A program made the position numbers and the translations under genes. The notes beneath the pieces were generated by a model. That model searched no databases, was not told where the DNA came from, and worked only from the letters and a program-made list of their open reading frames with translations. Below are positions 55,942 to 64,000 of a stretch of 64,000 nt of DNA, piece by piece (the first letter of the stretch is position 1; every line of letters starts with the position of its first letter). Location: positions 56,298-120,297 of the IMG/VR virus record IMGVR_UViG_3300045988_170760. One strand, given 5' to 3'. Origin of the DNA: a virus.

Positions 55942-56511
55942 TTAATTAGACAACTCTACGTCAAAATTAAACTCTAAACATTTTCTTGAAGCTAAGTAAT
56001 CGCATTGATGAACAAATTTTTGCATTCCTGTTTGTGGTTTTTGTAACACTTCTCTTCCTGTTTTATAATCTTGTGTCCATTTACCCATATGAGTTTCTAT
56101 ATTTTTAGCAATAATTTCTTTCCATTCTTGATTTAGAGTTCCAGCCGAACTCCTTACAGCATTAGCTGCTAATAATGGATGTTCTATAACTGTCCATTTT
56201 GAACCATCATTGCCATGTTTTCTACTATCATGTAAAATCAAAGAAGCTAATATTAAATCTTGTTGGTCTTGGTTGTATGGATAAAGGTCAGTCCTAAATA
56301 ATTCATAAGCTATTCTTGTAGCAGCTTTAGTATGTCTAACCAACCCTCCTTCTCCTAGAGCATAATTAGGATGATATTTTCCTGTGCTAGAAGCAGCTAC
56401 AGAAAAGAAATAATCTGGTGTTTCCTTATCTAACATATAACTAACAAAATTTTTAATTTCAATATTTTTTATTAAATTTAACTCAAATGAAAATAACTCA
56501 CTTTTATTCAT
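55942..56511 (-). CDS. HD-domain phosphohydrolase
   Basis: GKYHP...LVRHTKAA...LILHDSRKHG equals the H..HD..D pattern. Confidence 0.7.
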   Translation of the reverse strand: MNKSELFSFELNLIKNIEIKNFVSYMLDKETPDYFFSVAASSTGKYHPNYALGEGGLVRHTKAATRIAYELFRTDLYPYNQDQQDLILASLILHDSRKHGNDGSKWTVIEHPLLAANAVRSSAGTLNQEWKEIIAKNIETHMGKWTQDYKTGREVLQKPQTGMQKFVHQCDYLASRKCLEFNFDVELSN

Positions 56512-57511
56512 TTATAATTTTTACCCCTCTCTTTTTTATTTCCTCTAGTATTCTATCAGGTAATTCTGGTTTACCTTCTAAAGTAGCACTTACTCCATAA
56601 CATCCAATTAAATAACTAAACCAATTAGCTTTATTCTCAAAATAATCTTTTTCAACATTTTCTCTGTTTTCTTTTATTTTTTTATCTATCTCTTCTGGAG
56701 ATAAATCAATATCTAAAATTTTATCTCCTTTTATTTTTGGTTGTAGTTTTAAATATTCCTTATAATATTCACTAGTATATCTACCACCACCATTTTCCAT
56801 AAGTTGAGATAAAGTTTTTATGTTTTTGTTCTTAACCCAACTACTCCATTCAGTAACTTTTATGATTTTAGGTTTGGAAAATTCCACCAACTGATATTTT
56901 TGAGAACTTCCCCACCAATCATTACCTAAAAATTCAAGAGCTCTCCATACATATAGATTATATAAATATACTTCACTAGTGGTTTTAGTATAATATTCGT
57001 ATCCTTTATCCCATTTACTAGTTTTTTTGGCTCCTTCTATTTTCTGACTTAATTGTATATCACGTATCGCTTCTTTGTATTGTTCCATTTTTTCATGTAA
57101 AGCTCCCCAATGTTGACCAATCCTTGCCATTATTAATTTGTCTTCGCATTTACCATTAATAAATGTAGAACTTTTCAATAACTCTAATAACAAATCAGAA
57201 CCAATTCCAACTACTACTTTCATATCATCTTTAGATAATAAACAATTCCAAAAAGATAGTTTTCCACCTTGACTTGACCCTTTTGCACTATCTAATATTT
57301 CTAATTTAATATCTTTATTATCTATAATATATTCTATATAATCATCTTCTGTATAATTATAATATTTTCCAGAAGCCCATCTCTTAGCTGTATCAATAGC
57401 CTCAGGTTTATTACTACTAGCTATCATTGCCTGAGGATAGTTATATCGTCTATTCTTTTTTTCAGCATATATATATAATTTTTCTGGAATTTTCCATCCT
57501 TTATATTCCAT
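56504..57511 (-). CDS. Hypothetical protein
   Basis: 335-aa ORF. No motif recognised. Confidence 0.5.
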   Translation of the reverse strand: MEYKGWKIPEKLYIYAEKKNRRYNYPQAMIASSNKPEAIDTAKRWASGKYYNYTEDDYIEYIIDNKDIKLEILDSAKGSSQGGKLSFWNCLLSKDDMKVVVGIGSDLLLELLKSSTFINGKCEDKLIMARIGQHWGALHEKMEQYKEAIRDIQLSQKIEGAKKTSKWDKGYEYYTKTTSEVYLYNLYVWRALEFLGNDWWGSSQKYQLVEFSKPKIIKVTEWSSWVKNKNIKTLSQLMENGGGRYTSEYYKEYLKLQPKIKGDKILDIDLSPEEIDKKIKENRENVEKDYFENKANWFSYLIGCYGVSATLEGKPELPDRILEEIKKRGVKIINE

Positions 57512-57523
57512 ATTTGTTCTCCT

Positions 57524-57832
57524 TTATAGTGTTTTTCCTAATTTTCTCCACTCTCTATTAAAAATATATTCCCATTGTTTATCAGTAATATCAGGGCAAT
57601 CTTGAAACCAATCAAATAAAATGTCTGCTTCTCCATCTTCTAAACTTTCATCATCTACTTCAAAGTCCCAAGGATATATTTCTAATATTTCTGAGCTATT
57701 TTCAGAATTCGATTTTTCATTCAAAGCACTTTCTATAACAGTTATAAAATCACTACCCATGAAGTGTTTATTAATCCATACTGATGGTTCATGATTATCG
57801 TCGTTCCATAATAAAATTTTATCTCTCATCAT
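57524..57832 (-). CDS. Hypothetical acidic protein
   Basis: 102-aa ORF. Confidence 0.45.
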   Translation of the reverse strand: MMRDKILLWNDDNHEPSVWINKHFMGSDFITVIESALNEKSNSENSSEILEIYPWDFEVDDESLEDGEADILFDWFQDCPDITDKQWEYIFNREWRKLGKTL

Positions 57833-58214
57833 TTATCTCCTTTATTTTATTATATAAGTTTTCTCCATATATTTCTATTATCTCAGTTGGAGATAATAAT
57901 TTTATAGCTTCTTTAAATGTTGCTTCTCTATAATCAAATTTATCTATTGATATATCTAAAAGTTCATTTAATCTTATAATCTCAAAAAATCCTTTTGAAT
58001 AAGGTATAAATTGATAATATCCTTCATTTATATCCCTGATAATTTCTGCTTTTTTTGCTATTAATAAATTTTGCATCAATTCTTCAAGAGAACTACATAC
58101 TTTAAATCCATCTTCTATATCTGTTTCTTCTATTTTTTTATATCTATTAAACCATCTTTTTTCCAGACCTTTAATTTTATATGTTATACAAAACTTCCAT
58201 AATTTTTTACTCAT
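57819..58214 (-). CDS. Hypothetical protein
   Basis: Start at MSKKLWKF with RBS aaggagaa. Track start is 58247. Confidence 0.45.
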   Translation of the reverse strand: MSKKLWKFCITYKIKGLEKRWFNRYKKIEETDIEDGFKVCSSLEELMQNLLIAKKAEIIRDINEGYYQFIPYSKGFFEIIRLNELLDISIDKFDYREATFKEAIKLLSPTEIIEIYGENLYNKIKEINDER

Positions 58215-58401
58215 CACTAGTTTTCTCCTTATAATATAAAATAACATTTATTACTAACAATAGAATTAGAACAATTGTTAATATAATAGCAACTATATTT
58301 CCAAGTACCATAGCTAAGCATATCAACCAAACAATTCCAGTTAGCCAACATAATAATATTAAAAGAGCTATAATTATACCAATCAATTTTATAAAATTCA
58401 T
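58207..58401 (-). CDS. Small two-TM membrane protein
   Basis: 64 aa, almost entirely hydrophobic. Confidence 0.45.
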   Translation of the reverse strand: MNFIKLIGIIIALLILLCWLTGIVWLICLAMVLGNIVAIILTIVLILLLVINVILYYKEKTSDE

Positions 58402-58844
58402 TATACTAATACCTCCTTTACTAATTGGCTAATAGTTTTACCATCTGCTCTAACACCTACTTGAGATTTAACTTCTCTGATTAGAGTACCCATTTCATTT
58501 AAGTGATAAATATTTAATTCAGACATAGTTTCGGCAATTATAGATTTTAATTCTTCAATAGAAAGTGGCTCTGGCATATAAATATTTAAAGTTAATATTT
58601 CTTCTTCTGTTTGATTAACTAAATCTTCTCTATCCGCTTTCTTGAATTCTTCTATCGCATCTTTTTTTTGTTTGATTTGTTTAGATATTAATTGCAATAT
58701 TTCAGTATCATTTAAGTCTCTATGTTTTTCTTTAGATATATTTAATATCTCTGCTCTTAACATTTGTATTGTATTTTTCTTTATTATTTCTTTATTAATT
58801 AAATATTTTTTAAAATCTTGTAATAGTTGTTCTGATAATTTCAT
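58401..58844 (-). CDS. GatB/YqeY-domain protein
   Basis: LLQDFKKYL...MLRAEI...EEFKKADREDL...EEEI..L..YMPEPLS.EEL...I......MG.L...VK.....RADGK.IS.LVKE.L matches the YqeY pattern. Confidence 0.75.
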   Translation of the reverse strand: MKLSEQLLQDFKKYLINKEIIKKNTIQMLRAEILNISKEKHRDLNDTEILQLISKQIKQKKDAIEEFKKADREDLVNQTEEEILTLNIYMPEPLSIEELKSIIAETMSELNIYHLNEMGTLIREVKSQVGVRADGKTISQLVKEVLV

Positions 58845-58856
58845 ATAATCCCTCCT

Positions 58857-59078
58857 TTAATTAAATATAATATTTAATATTTGTTTAAATTTATTAGGTT
58901 TATTATTCTGTTTATCTAACTTGTATTGTTCTTCATTAATACTTTGTTGAAAAGAATTGGCTGTTTCGAAATCATTGTGTTTAATATAATAGTGTTTAGC
59001 TTTTTTTAACTGTTCAATATTATGTTCATAGCATCCAGGCACTAAAATAGGAACACCTTCCATCCATTCTTGATACAT
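58857..59078 (-). CDS. Hypothetical protein
   Basis: 73-aa ORF. Confidence 0.4.
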   Translation of the reverse strand: MYQEWMEGVPILVPGCYEHNIEQLKKAKHYYIKHNDFETANSFQQSINEEQYKLDKQNNKPNKFKQILNIIFN

Positions 59079-59079
59079 A

Positions 59080-59544
59080 TTATCTACCTCCTTTTTTATA
59101 AACCAAATTATCTTTTTTCCAATTTAACCCATAACATTTTTGTAGATGTTTCTCTACTTTAGCTTCTAGTTCTAAGGTATTCAATCCATTATCTTGTTCT
59201 GTATGACAATTATTACATGCAGTAAATATATTTTCTGGAATACCTAAGCCGCCTTGACTTCTAGGTATGAAATGACAACATGCACATTCTATAGGAACAT
59301 ATTTATGACATAATATACACTTATGGTTGTCTCTTTCCCATACTATTTCTTTTACTGAATAAGGTATACTGGTTGCAATAGTTCTTGCTTTCTTTTTATT
59401 TGAAATCGCTTTTGGGGTCTTATATTCTTTTAAATTACAATCATGGCACTTTTGTGGAGAAATTTTATTCTTTATTTGAGAATTAGAACAATAGAAATAT
59501 TTTTGATAATTTTTGCTTCTAACTCTTAAATAAATGCAATTCAT
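59080..59544 (-). CDS. HNH endonuclease
   Basis: VWERDNHKCILC....CHFIPRSQGG....N....CNNCH. Confidence 0.75.
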   Translation of the reverse strand: MNCIYLRVRSKNYQKYFYCSNSQIKNKISPQKCHDCNLKEYKTPKAISNKKKARTIATSIPYSVKEIVWERDNHKCILCHKYVPIECACCHFIPRSQGGLGIPENIFTACNNCHTEQDNGLNTLELEAKVEKHLQKCYGLNWKKDNLVYKKGGR

Positions 59545-59546
59545 TA

Positions 59547-60050
59547 TTATAATCCTTTCTTTTTACAATAAGAGCATAAAGGCATAATCCAACCATTATT
59601 TGTTAATTTCCCTGGCTTTCCACATATAATACAAGTACGTTTACTTAAATTTTCATATTTTTTTAGCCATTTATTATATTTATTATATATCGAATTAGGA
59701 ACCCCATTATCATACCAGTGTAAAAATCCCCATTTTTCTTTTATTTGTACTATCTGATATTTATCTTGGTATTTAGCCTTCTTTAGAATTTTATCTAATT
59801 CTTTAACCATTTTCATCCCAAATTTTTTTCTCCAGCCTTCAGGTAAATCATCAAGCCAAGTAAATTCAAAATTATCATCTACTTTTTTGTTAGTCCATAC
59901 ATTTCTAATTTGTAACCATGGATATTGATTTACCAATGCTTCATTAAATTTCTCTCTTTCTAGCGTTTCTATAGCCCTATTGATACATTCGTCAGGTGTG
60001 TTTTTTATTTTATCTAATAACTTTTGTAAAAGTTTAAGATTATTATACAT
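59547..60050 (-). CDS. Hypothetical protein with C-terminal zinc ribbon
   Basis: Start at MYNNLKLLQ (RBS ggagaa), just after the upstream stop. CIICGK...CSYCKKKG. Confidence 0.45.
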   Translation of the reverse strand: MYNNLKLLQKLLDKIKNTPDECINRAIETLEREKFNEALVNQYPWLQIRNVWTNKKVDDNFEFTWLDDLPEGWRKKFGMKMVKELDKILKKAKYQDKYQIVQIKEKWGFLHWYDNGVPNSIYNKYNKWLKKYENLSKRTCIICGKPGKLTNNGWIMPLCSYCKKKGL

Positions 60051-60052
60051 AT

Positions 60053-60607
60053 CTATTCTCCTTCTTTCGGTTTCCAACTTAAAATCATATCTTTTATTTC
60101 GTCTTTTGTTTTTGTGGGAATTCCATATTCTTGGCATTCTTGTACAACACCTTCAATTAAATCAGACATTTCCTTTGTATTTAGTGTATGGGTTTGTTTA
60201 TAAAATAAGTATTTGTTGAATTTTACACCACCTTCTGTGCATTCCCCAAACCATTTTGCATATTTATAAAAATTCTTAATATTTGCTGTTATAGGAATTT
60301 TAACTCCAATACTATTACCATTATTATCTTTAGCAATTGTACCATATTGTAAGTTCATTTTAATTTTCATTTCTTCATCTGATATATTAAAATATCTCGC
60401 TAGTTTGTTAACTAAAAAATGAAAGTATGCATTAGCATCCAAACTTCTACGATTATATATTCTTTTTATCTCAATATTTATTTCTTTATCTTTATTTTTT
60501 ATATTTTCTAATTCTTCCAATATACTAGTGTTATTAGTTGACAAAGATATGACAACTTCATTGTTTTCAGGCAAACATATATTTTCTATCTTCCCTATAA
60601 AATCCAT
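60053..60607 (-). CDS. NinB/Orf-like recombination mediator
   Basis: NRRSLDANAYFHFLVNKLA and HTLNTKEMSDLIEGVVQECQEYGIP parallel lambda NinB RNRSLDQNRKLW and STSRMRVGEFAELLELIQAFG, from memory. Confidence 0.5.
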   Translation of the reverse strand: MDFIGKIENICLPENNEVVISLSTNNTSILEELENIKNKDKEINIEIKRIYNRRSLDANAYFHFLVNKLARYFNISDEEMKIKMNLQYGTIAKDNNGNSIGVKIPITANIKNFYKYAKWFGECTEGGVKFNKYLFYKQTHTLNTKEMSDLIEGVVQECQEYGIPTKTKDEIKDMILSWKPKEGE

Positions 60608-60631
60608 AATTTTCTCCCTTAAATTATTTAT

Positions 60632-60660
60632 AGTATATCACATTTTATAATAAAAGTCAA
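60632..60660 (-). promoter_or_regulatory. Conserved early promoter
   Basis: TTGACT-tttattataaaatgtga-TATACT. Confidence 0.65.
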
Positions 60661-60986
60661 GAAATTATTATATATTTTTATAAATTGTACTGCTACGTAA
60701 TTGACACCATGGTATTTTATAATTTTCCAAAAATAAATAATGTCCTGTACTTTTATTATATTTATCTATTATAATTGTATTATTTTTTAAAATGCAATAA
60801 ACCTTTTGCCCTTTTTTAAAATTATGATGTACCATGGTTATTTAGTCCAATGTTTTCCCAAAAATTGAACTTCTTATAGATTGATAAGCATCTATATAAT
60901 AGAGTGCAATTTTAGAATTTTCTTTATCTCTTTTATTTCTCCAAAACATAATACAATTATCTAAATATTTTTTTATTTTTTTTCTT

Positions 60987-63900
60987 CTAATTAATATATT
61001 CATTATTTTTTACCTCTTGTATATCATAATTATTTAATATATCTTCAAATTCTGTAGTAGATTTTTCCCATTCTTGAGTTTCTCCGTTCTTAAACCATCT
61101 TCCTTCTCTGTTAAAAGTATCAATTTTTAACACATTGCTTTTATTAATAGGTTTCATATCAAATACTTTCCCACGAACTTTTACTTGTTTTTTTATACCA
61201 TCAAATATTCTATATAAATCTACAATTTTATTTTTTCCTCTATCTTCACATGAAGTAACTACCCACAAATCTGGGCTTTCTGAAACATCAACAATATCTA
61301 TATATCCATAATATTGAAGTTGAAAATTTACTTTCTCATTAATTGTGATATCATTATTTTCCAGTTTATTAAATAAGGAAACTAAACAATCGTAACTATT
61401 AAATCCTGTGAATTGTTTTTCTGTTTCTTTAACACAATATTCTTTAAGATATAAAATTTTAACACTATATTGTTTATCTTTCTTTATTATTTTTTTACCA
61501 TATAATTCATTATATAAATCAATACATTTAAGTATCTTTTTTATTTTTCCAAACTCTTTAAAATAGTCTAATTTTGCAAGTACTGTAATATCAGCTATAC
61601 CAATATTATTTTCTTTACAATCTATTAATAAATCTAAAAAGCTTTTATATTTTTTATCTTTTAAGGAGTATAACTTATCACCAATAGTCTTACTAAGTCC
61701 TTTTATACTAGATGTACCCTTATAAATTGTATTATTATCACAAGAATAGTTATTAGTCGAATGTCTAAAAGTAGGAGAAATAATAGGAATATTTTTTAAT
61801 TTAGCTAGTTGTGTCCCATTTTTTATATCATCATCATTAGCTGCGGAATTTAAGAATGCTGTAATAAATTGTGCAGGATAATAATATCTTAAATATGCAC
61901 ATAAATACCCTATCATAGAATAAGCTGTAGAATGATTATATCCAAACTGATAACTAGCACTATCTTCTATAACTTGTAAAAATTCTTTTACTTCTTGTTC
62001 AGCTATATCTCTTGGTTTATCAGAATTATTACAATATCCTTCCAATATTTGAGGCATTGCAGCATCTAATCTGTCTTTTTGTTTTCTTCCTATGGCTCTA
62101 CGAACATTATCAGCTTCACCTCCACTTAATCCACAAGCTTGTTGTAAAAAAGCTATAGTTTGTTCTTGATATACTAAATACCCATAACTATTAGATAGAA
62201 CATCATCAATTAATTTAGAAGGATTAGAATGTTTTTGGTGTGCAAATACTGCATCTCTATAACTAGTTCCTGAAGGTCTAATACAAGCATTTACGAGAGT
62301 TAAATCATCAATACTACTTACATTAAAGGATTTCATTGAATTATAAGCAAATGAACTTTCAAATTGAAAAATCCCAACAGGACTAATCTTAATATCTTCC
62401 CATACATTCTTATCATTCCAATCAATTTGATAACTTTTAGGATATGGTTTATTAAGCATTTTATATATATCTTGAATAATACCTACGTTTTTTAATCCTA
62501 AAATATCATATTTAACTAACCCACAATCATGAACTTCTTCCATGTCTAAATTAATTATTGTTTTATCATCTCTGTCTTGAAATACTCCATAATTATCTAT
62601 TAGAGTAATAGGACTAGCTACAACTCCAGCTGGATGGAACCCTTGAGATATGGCAGTATTAAGTAATCCATCAAAATAATAAAATACATTAGGATATTTT
62701 TGTTTTGCTTCATCTGGAGATTTATTATATAAATCTTTTATATCTTTAACTTCTTGTAAAGGTATATCTAAAGCTCTGCCTATTTCATCTATTGTCCCTT
62801 TTTCTGAAATAGTACCAATGCTTAATATATAAGCAGTCTTATCATGTCCAAATCTATCCATAATATAATTATAAACCTTTTCTCTGTCGTTTGGTGCAAA
62901 ATCCAAATCTATATCTCCTACTTCTGTTCTGTATTCATTGCAAAATCTGGAAAATATAGTTCCCCACTTAATTGGGTCTACATCTATAATATCAATTATA
63001 TAAGCAATTACTGAACCACAACAGCTTCCTCTACCAAATCCTCTAGGAATATTATTTTCTTCGCACCATTGAGATATTTGAGCCATTCCCAACATAAATC
63101 CTAACATATTAATTTTTTTAAATACTCTAAATTCTTCTCTGATATTTTCAATATATTTAGGATTTGATTTTATAATTCCTTTTTTTAATTTCTCTTTATA
63201 TTTAATATTAATTAGATTTTGTAAATCTTTTTCATCATTATTAGAAACAATAGGATATTTTATACTATAATCATCCTCTATATCTTCACATTGAGAAGCC
63301 ATAATATTAGTATTATTTATAGCCTCTATATATACGTTTAAAGGTAAGGCATTTTGAGATTTAAATGCACTTAAAAAATCTTCGTAATTTTTTATAACTA
63401 AATCAAAAGTATCTTCATTTCCATAAGATTTTCTTTTAGCTTTTAATAATATATTCCTGCATTCTGCTTTATACTTTGATACTGAATGACTATCTCCTGC
63501 TGCAATTAATGGTTTATTATATTGTTGTGATAATTTATATAAGAATTGATTATAATTATATTGCAATTTTTCTGGGTCATTATGATATTGTATTTCATAA
63601 TAGTCATATTTTTTACATAATTTATCATAAATATCTGGTGAAATATTATTCTTATCAGCCAATGGAGATTTTAAACAGGCTGATATCTTGAAAATATGGT
63701 CAGATATATTTAAGAATTCATCAAATGACAATCTAGGATTGTAATAAAAATGTGTTTTATCAGTTGATTTACTGACTAATTTGTTTAATTCTTTAAATCC
63801 TTCCATATCTTTGGCTATTAGTATAGTATGATAATTATCTCTCATCTTTTCTTCTAAAGATTTTGTTAAATATATTTCACAACCATGCAAATATTTTATA

Positions 63901-64000
63901 CCTTTTTTTTTGCAATATTGTCTTTTTTCAAAATGTCTATATATATTTCCATGTTCTGTAAATGCTATTGCCTTTATATTATTATCCGCACAAAAGTCAA
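60987..64000 (-). CDS. dnaE: DNA polymerase III alpha subunit-like replicase (N-terminus beyond window)
   Basis: The frame stays open past the track start to nt 64000 (..AFTEHGNIYRHF.., PHP domain). Also GDIDLDF, FGYNHSTAYS and a C-terminal OB-like region. Confidence 0.85.
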   Translation of the reverse strand, partial: DFCADNNIKAIAFTEHGNIYRHFEKRQYCKKKGIKYLHGCEIYLTKSLEEKMRDNYHTILIAKDMEGFKELNKLVSKSTDKTHFYYNPRLSFDEFLNISDHIFKISACLKSPLADKNNISPDIYDKLCKKYDYYEIQYHNDPEKLQYNYNQFLYKLSQQYNKPLIAAGDSHSVSKYKAECRNILLKAKRKSYGNEDTFDLVIKNYEDFLSAFKSQNALPLNVYIEAINNTNIMASQCEDIEDDYSIKYPIVSNNDEKDLQNLINIKYKEKLKKGIIKSNPKYIENIREEFRVFKKINMLGFMLGMAQISQWCEENNIPRGFGRGSCCGSVIAYIIDIIDVDPIKWGTIFSRFCNEYRTEVGDIDLDFAPNDREKVYNYIMDRFGHDKTAYILSIGTISEKGTIDEIGRALDIPLQEVKDIKDLYNKSPDEAKQKYPNVFYYFDGLLNTAISQGFHPAGVVASPITLIDNYGVFQDRDDKTIINLDMEEVHDCGLVKYDILGLKNVGIIQDIYKMLNKPYPKSYQIDWNDKNVWEDIKISPVGIFQFESSFAYNSMKSFNVSSIDDLTLVNACIRPSGTSYRDAVFAHQKHSNPSKLIDDVLSNSYGYLVYQEQTIAFLQQACGLSGGEADNVRRAIGRKQKDRLDAAMPQILEGYCNNSDKPRDIAEQEVKEFLQVIEDSASYQFGYNHSTAYSMIGYLCAYLRYYYPAQFITAFLNSAANDDDIKNGTQLAKLKNIPIISPTFRHSTNNYSCDNNTIYKGTSSIKGLSKTIGDKLYSLKDKKYKSFLDLLIDCKENNIGIADITVLAKLDYFKEFGKIKKILKCIDLYNELYGKKIIKKDKQYSVKILYLKEYCVKETEKQFTGFNSYDCLVSLFNKLENNDITINEKVNFQLQYYGYIDIVDVSESPDLWVVTSCEDRGKNKIVDLYRIFDGIKKQVKVRGKVFDMKPINKSNVLKIDTFNREGRWFKNGETQEWEKSTTEFEDILNNYDIQEVKNNEYIN

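Noticed and set aside
60668-60949. Two small minus-strand ORFs (35 aa and 55 aa) separated only by an in-frame TAA. This could hint at stop-codon read-through or recoding.
   Set aside because: Neither has an RBS, and all other genes in the window are intact under the standard code. No suppressor-type anticodon (UUA/CUA/UCA) was found among the tRNAs. The region is probably non-coding or decayed.
1-64000. Integrase, att site, repressor or other lysogeny functions. Also rRNA, tmRNA and CRISPR.
   Set aside because: None were recognised on either strand. The tRNA genes show no adjacent recombinase.

Overview
AT-rich dsDNA phage segment, probably from a large tailed phage of a low-GC anaerobic Firmicute. 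That host guess rests on anaerobic RNR NrdD/NrdG, a DUF1540-like protein, an Amidase_2 endolysin and BspA/DUF285 repeats. The window has two convergent arms that meet at a bidirectional terminator near 39.63 kb.

Arm 1 (nt 1-39.6 kb, + strand) is the late/structural module. It encodes a scaffold-like protein, a decoration-like protein, the putative major capsid protein, head-completion genes and an Ig-tagged putative major tail protein. A terminator-bounded cassette follows, carrying fibre genes, a holin/amidase lysis cluster and an Ig-repeat decoration paralog. After that comes a 1432-aa tape measure gene interrupted by a group I intron with a homing-endonuclease ORF. The arm ends with a long run of baseplate, fibre and receptor-binding genes, including a 1582-aa Kelch + BspA-LRR protein.

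Arm 2 (39.65-64 kb, - strand) is the early module. It encodes a RuvC-like resolvase, a DRB0094-type RNA ligase, dUTPase, NrdD/NrdG, an HD hydrolase, YqeY, two HNH nucleases, a NinB-like protein and a DnaE-type polymerase running off the window. It also holds an array of 17 tRNA genes plus 2 aberrant tRNA-shaped elements.

Most unusual region: 48.8-51.7 kb. A Ro60-like (TROVE/DUF2828 + vWA) gene and a Pol-beta nucleotidyltransferase gene lie behind a 520-nt non-coding leader. The leader contains a perfect tRNA scaffold with a 64-nt anticodon loop and five copies of a hairpin + ACAGCAA motif that shows compensatory stem changes.

Other points:
- GC-rich structured spacers between tRNAs.
- Frame breaks exactly at poly-G runs in receptor-binding-type genes.
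- A 29-nt conserved early promoter found 8 times, once antisense to the capsid gene and once inside the intron.

All protein family calls come from motifs read by eye and remembered family signatures. No searches were run.
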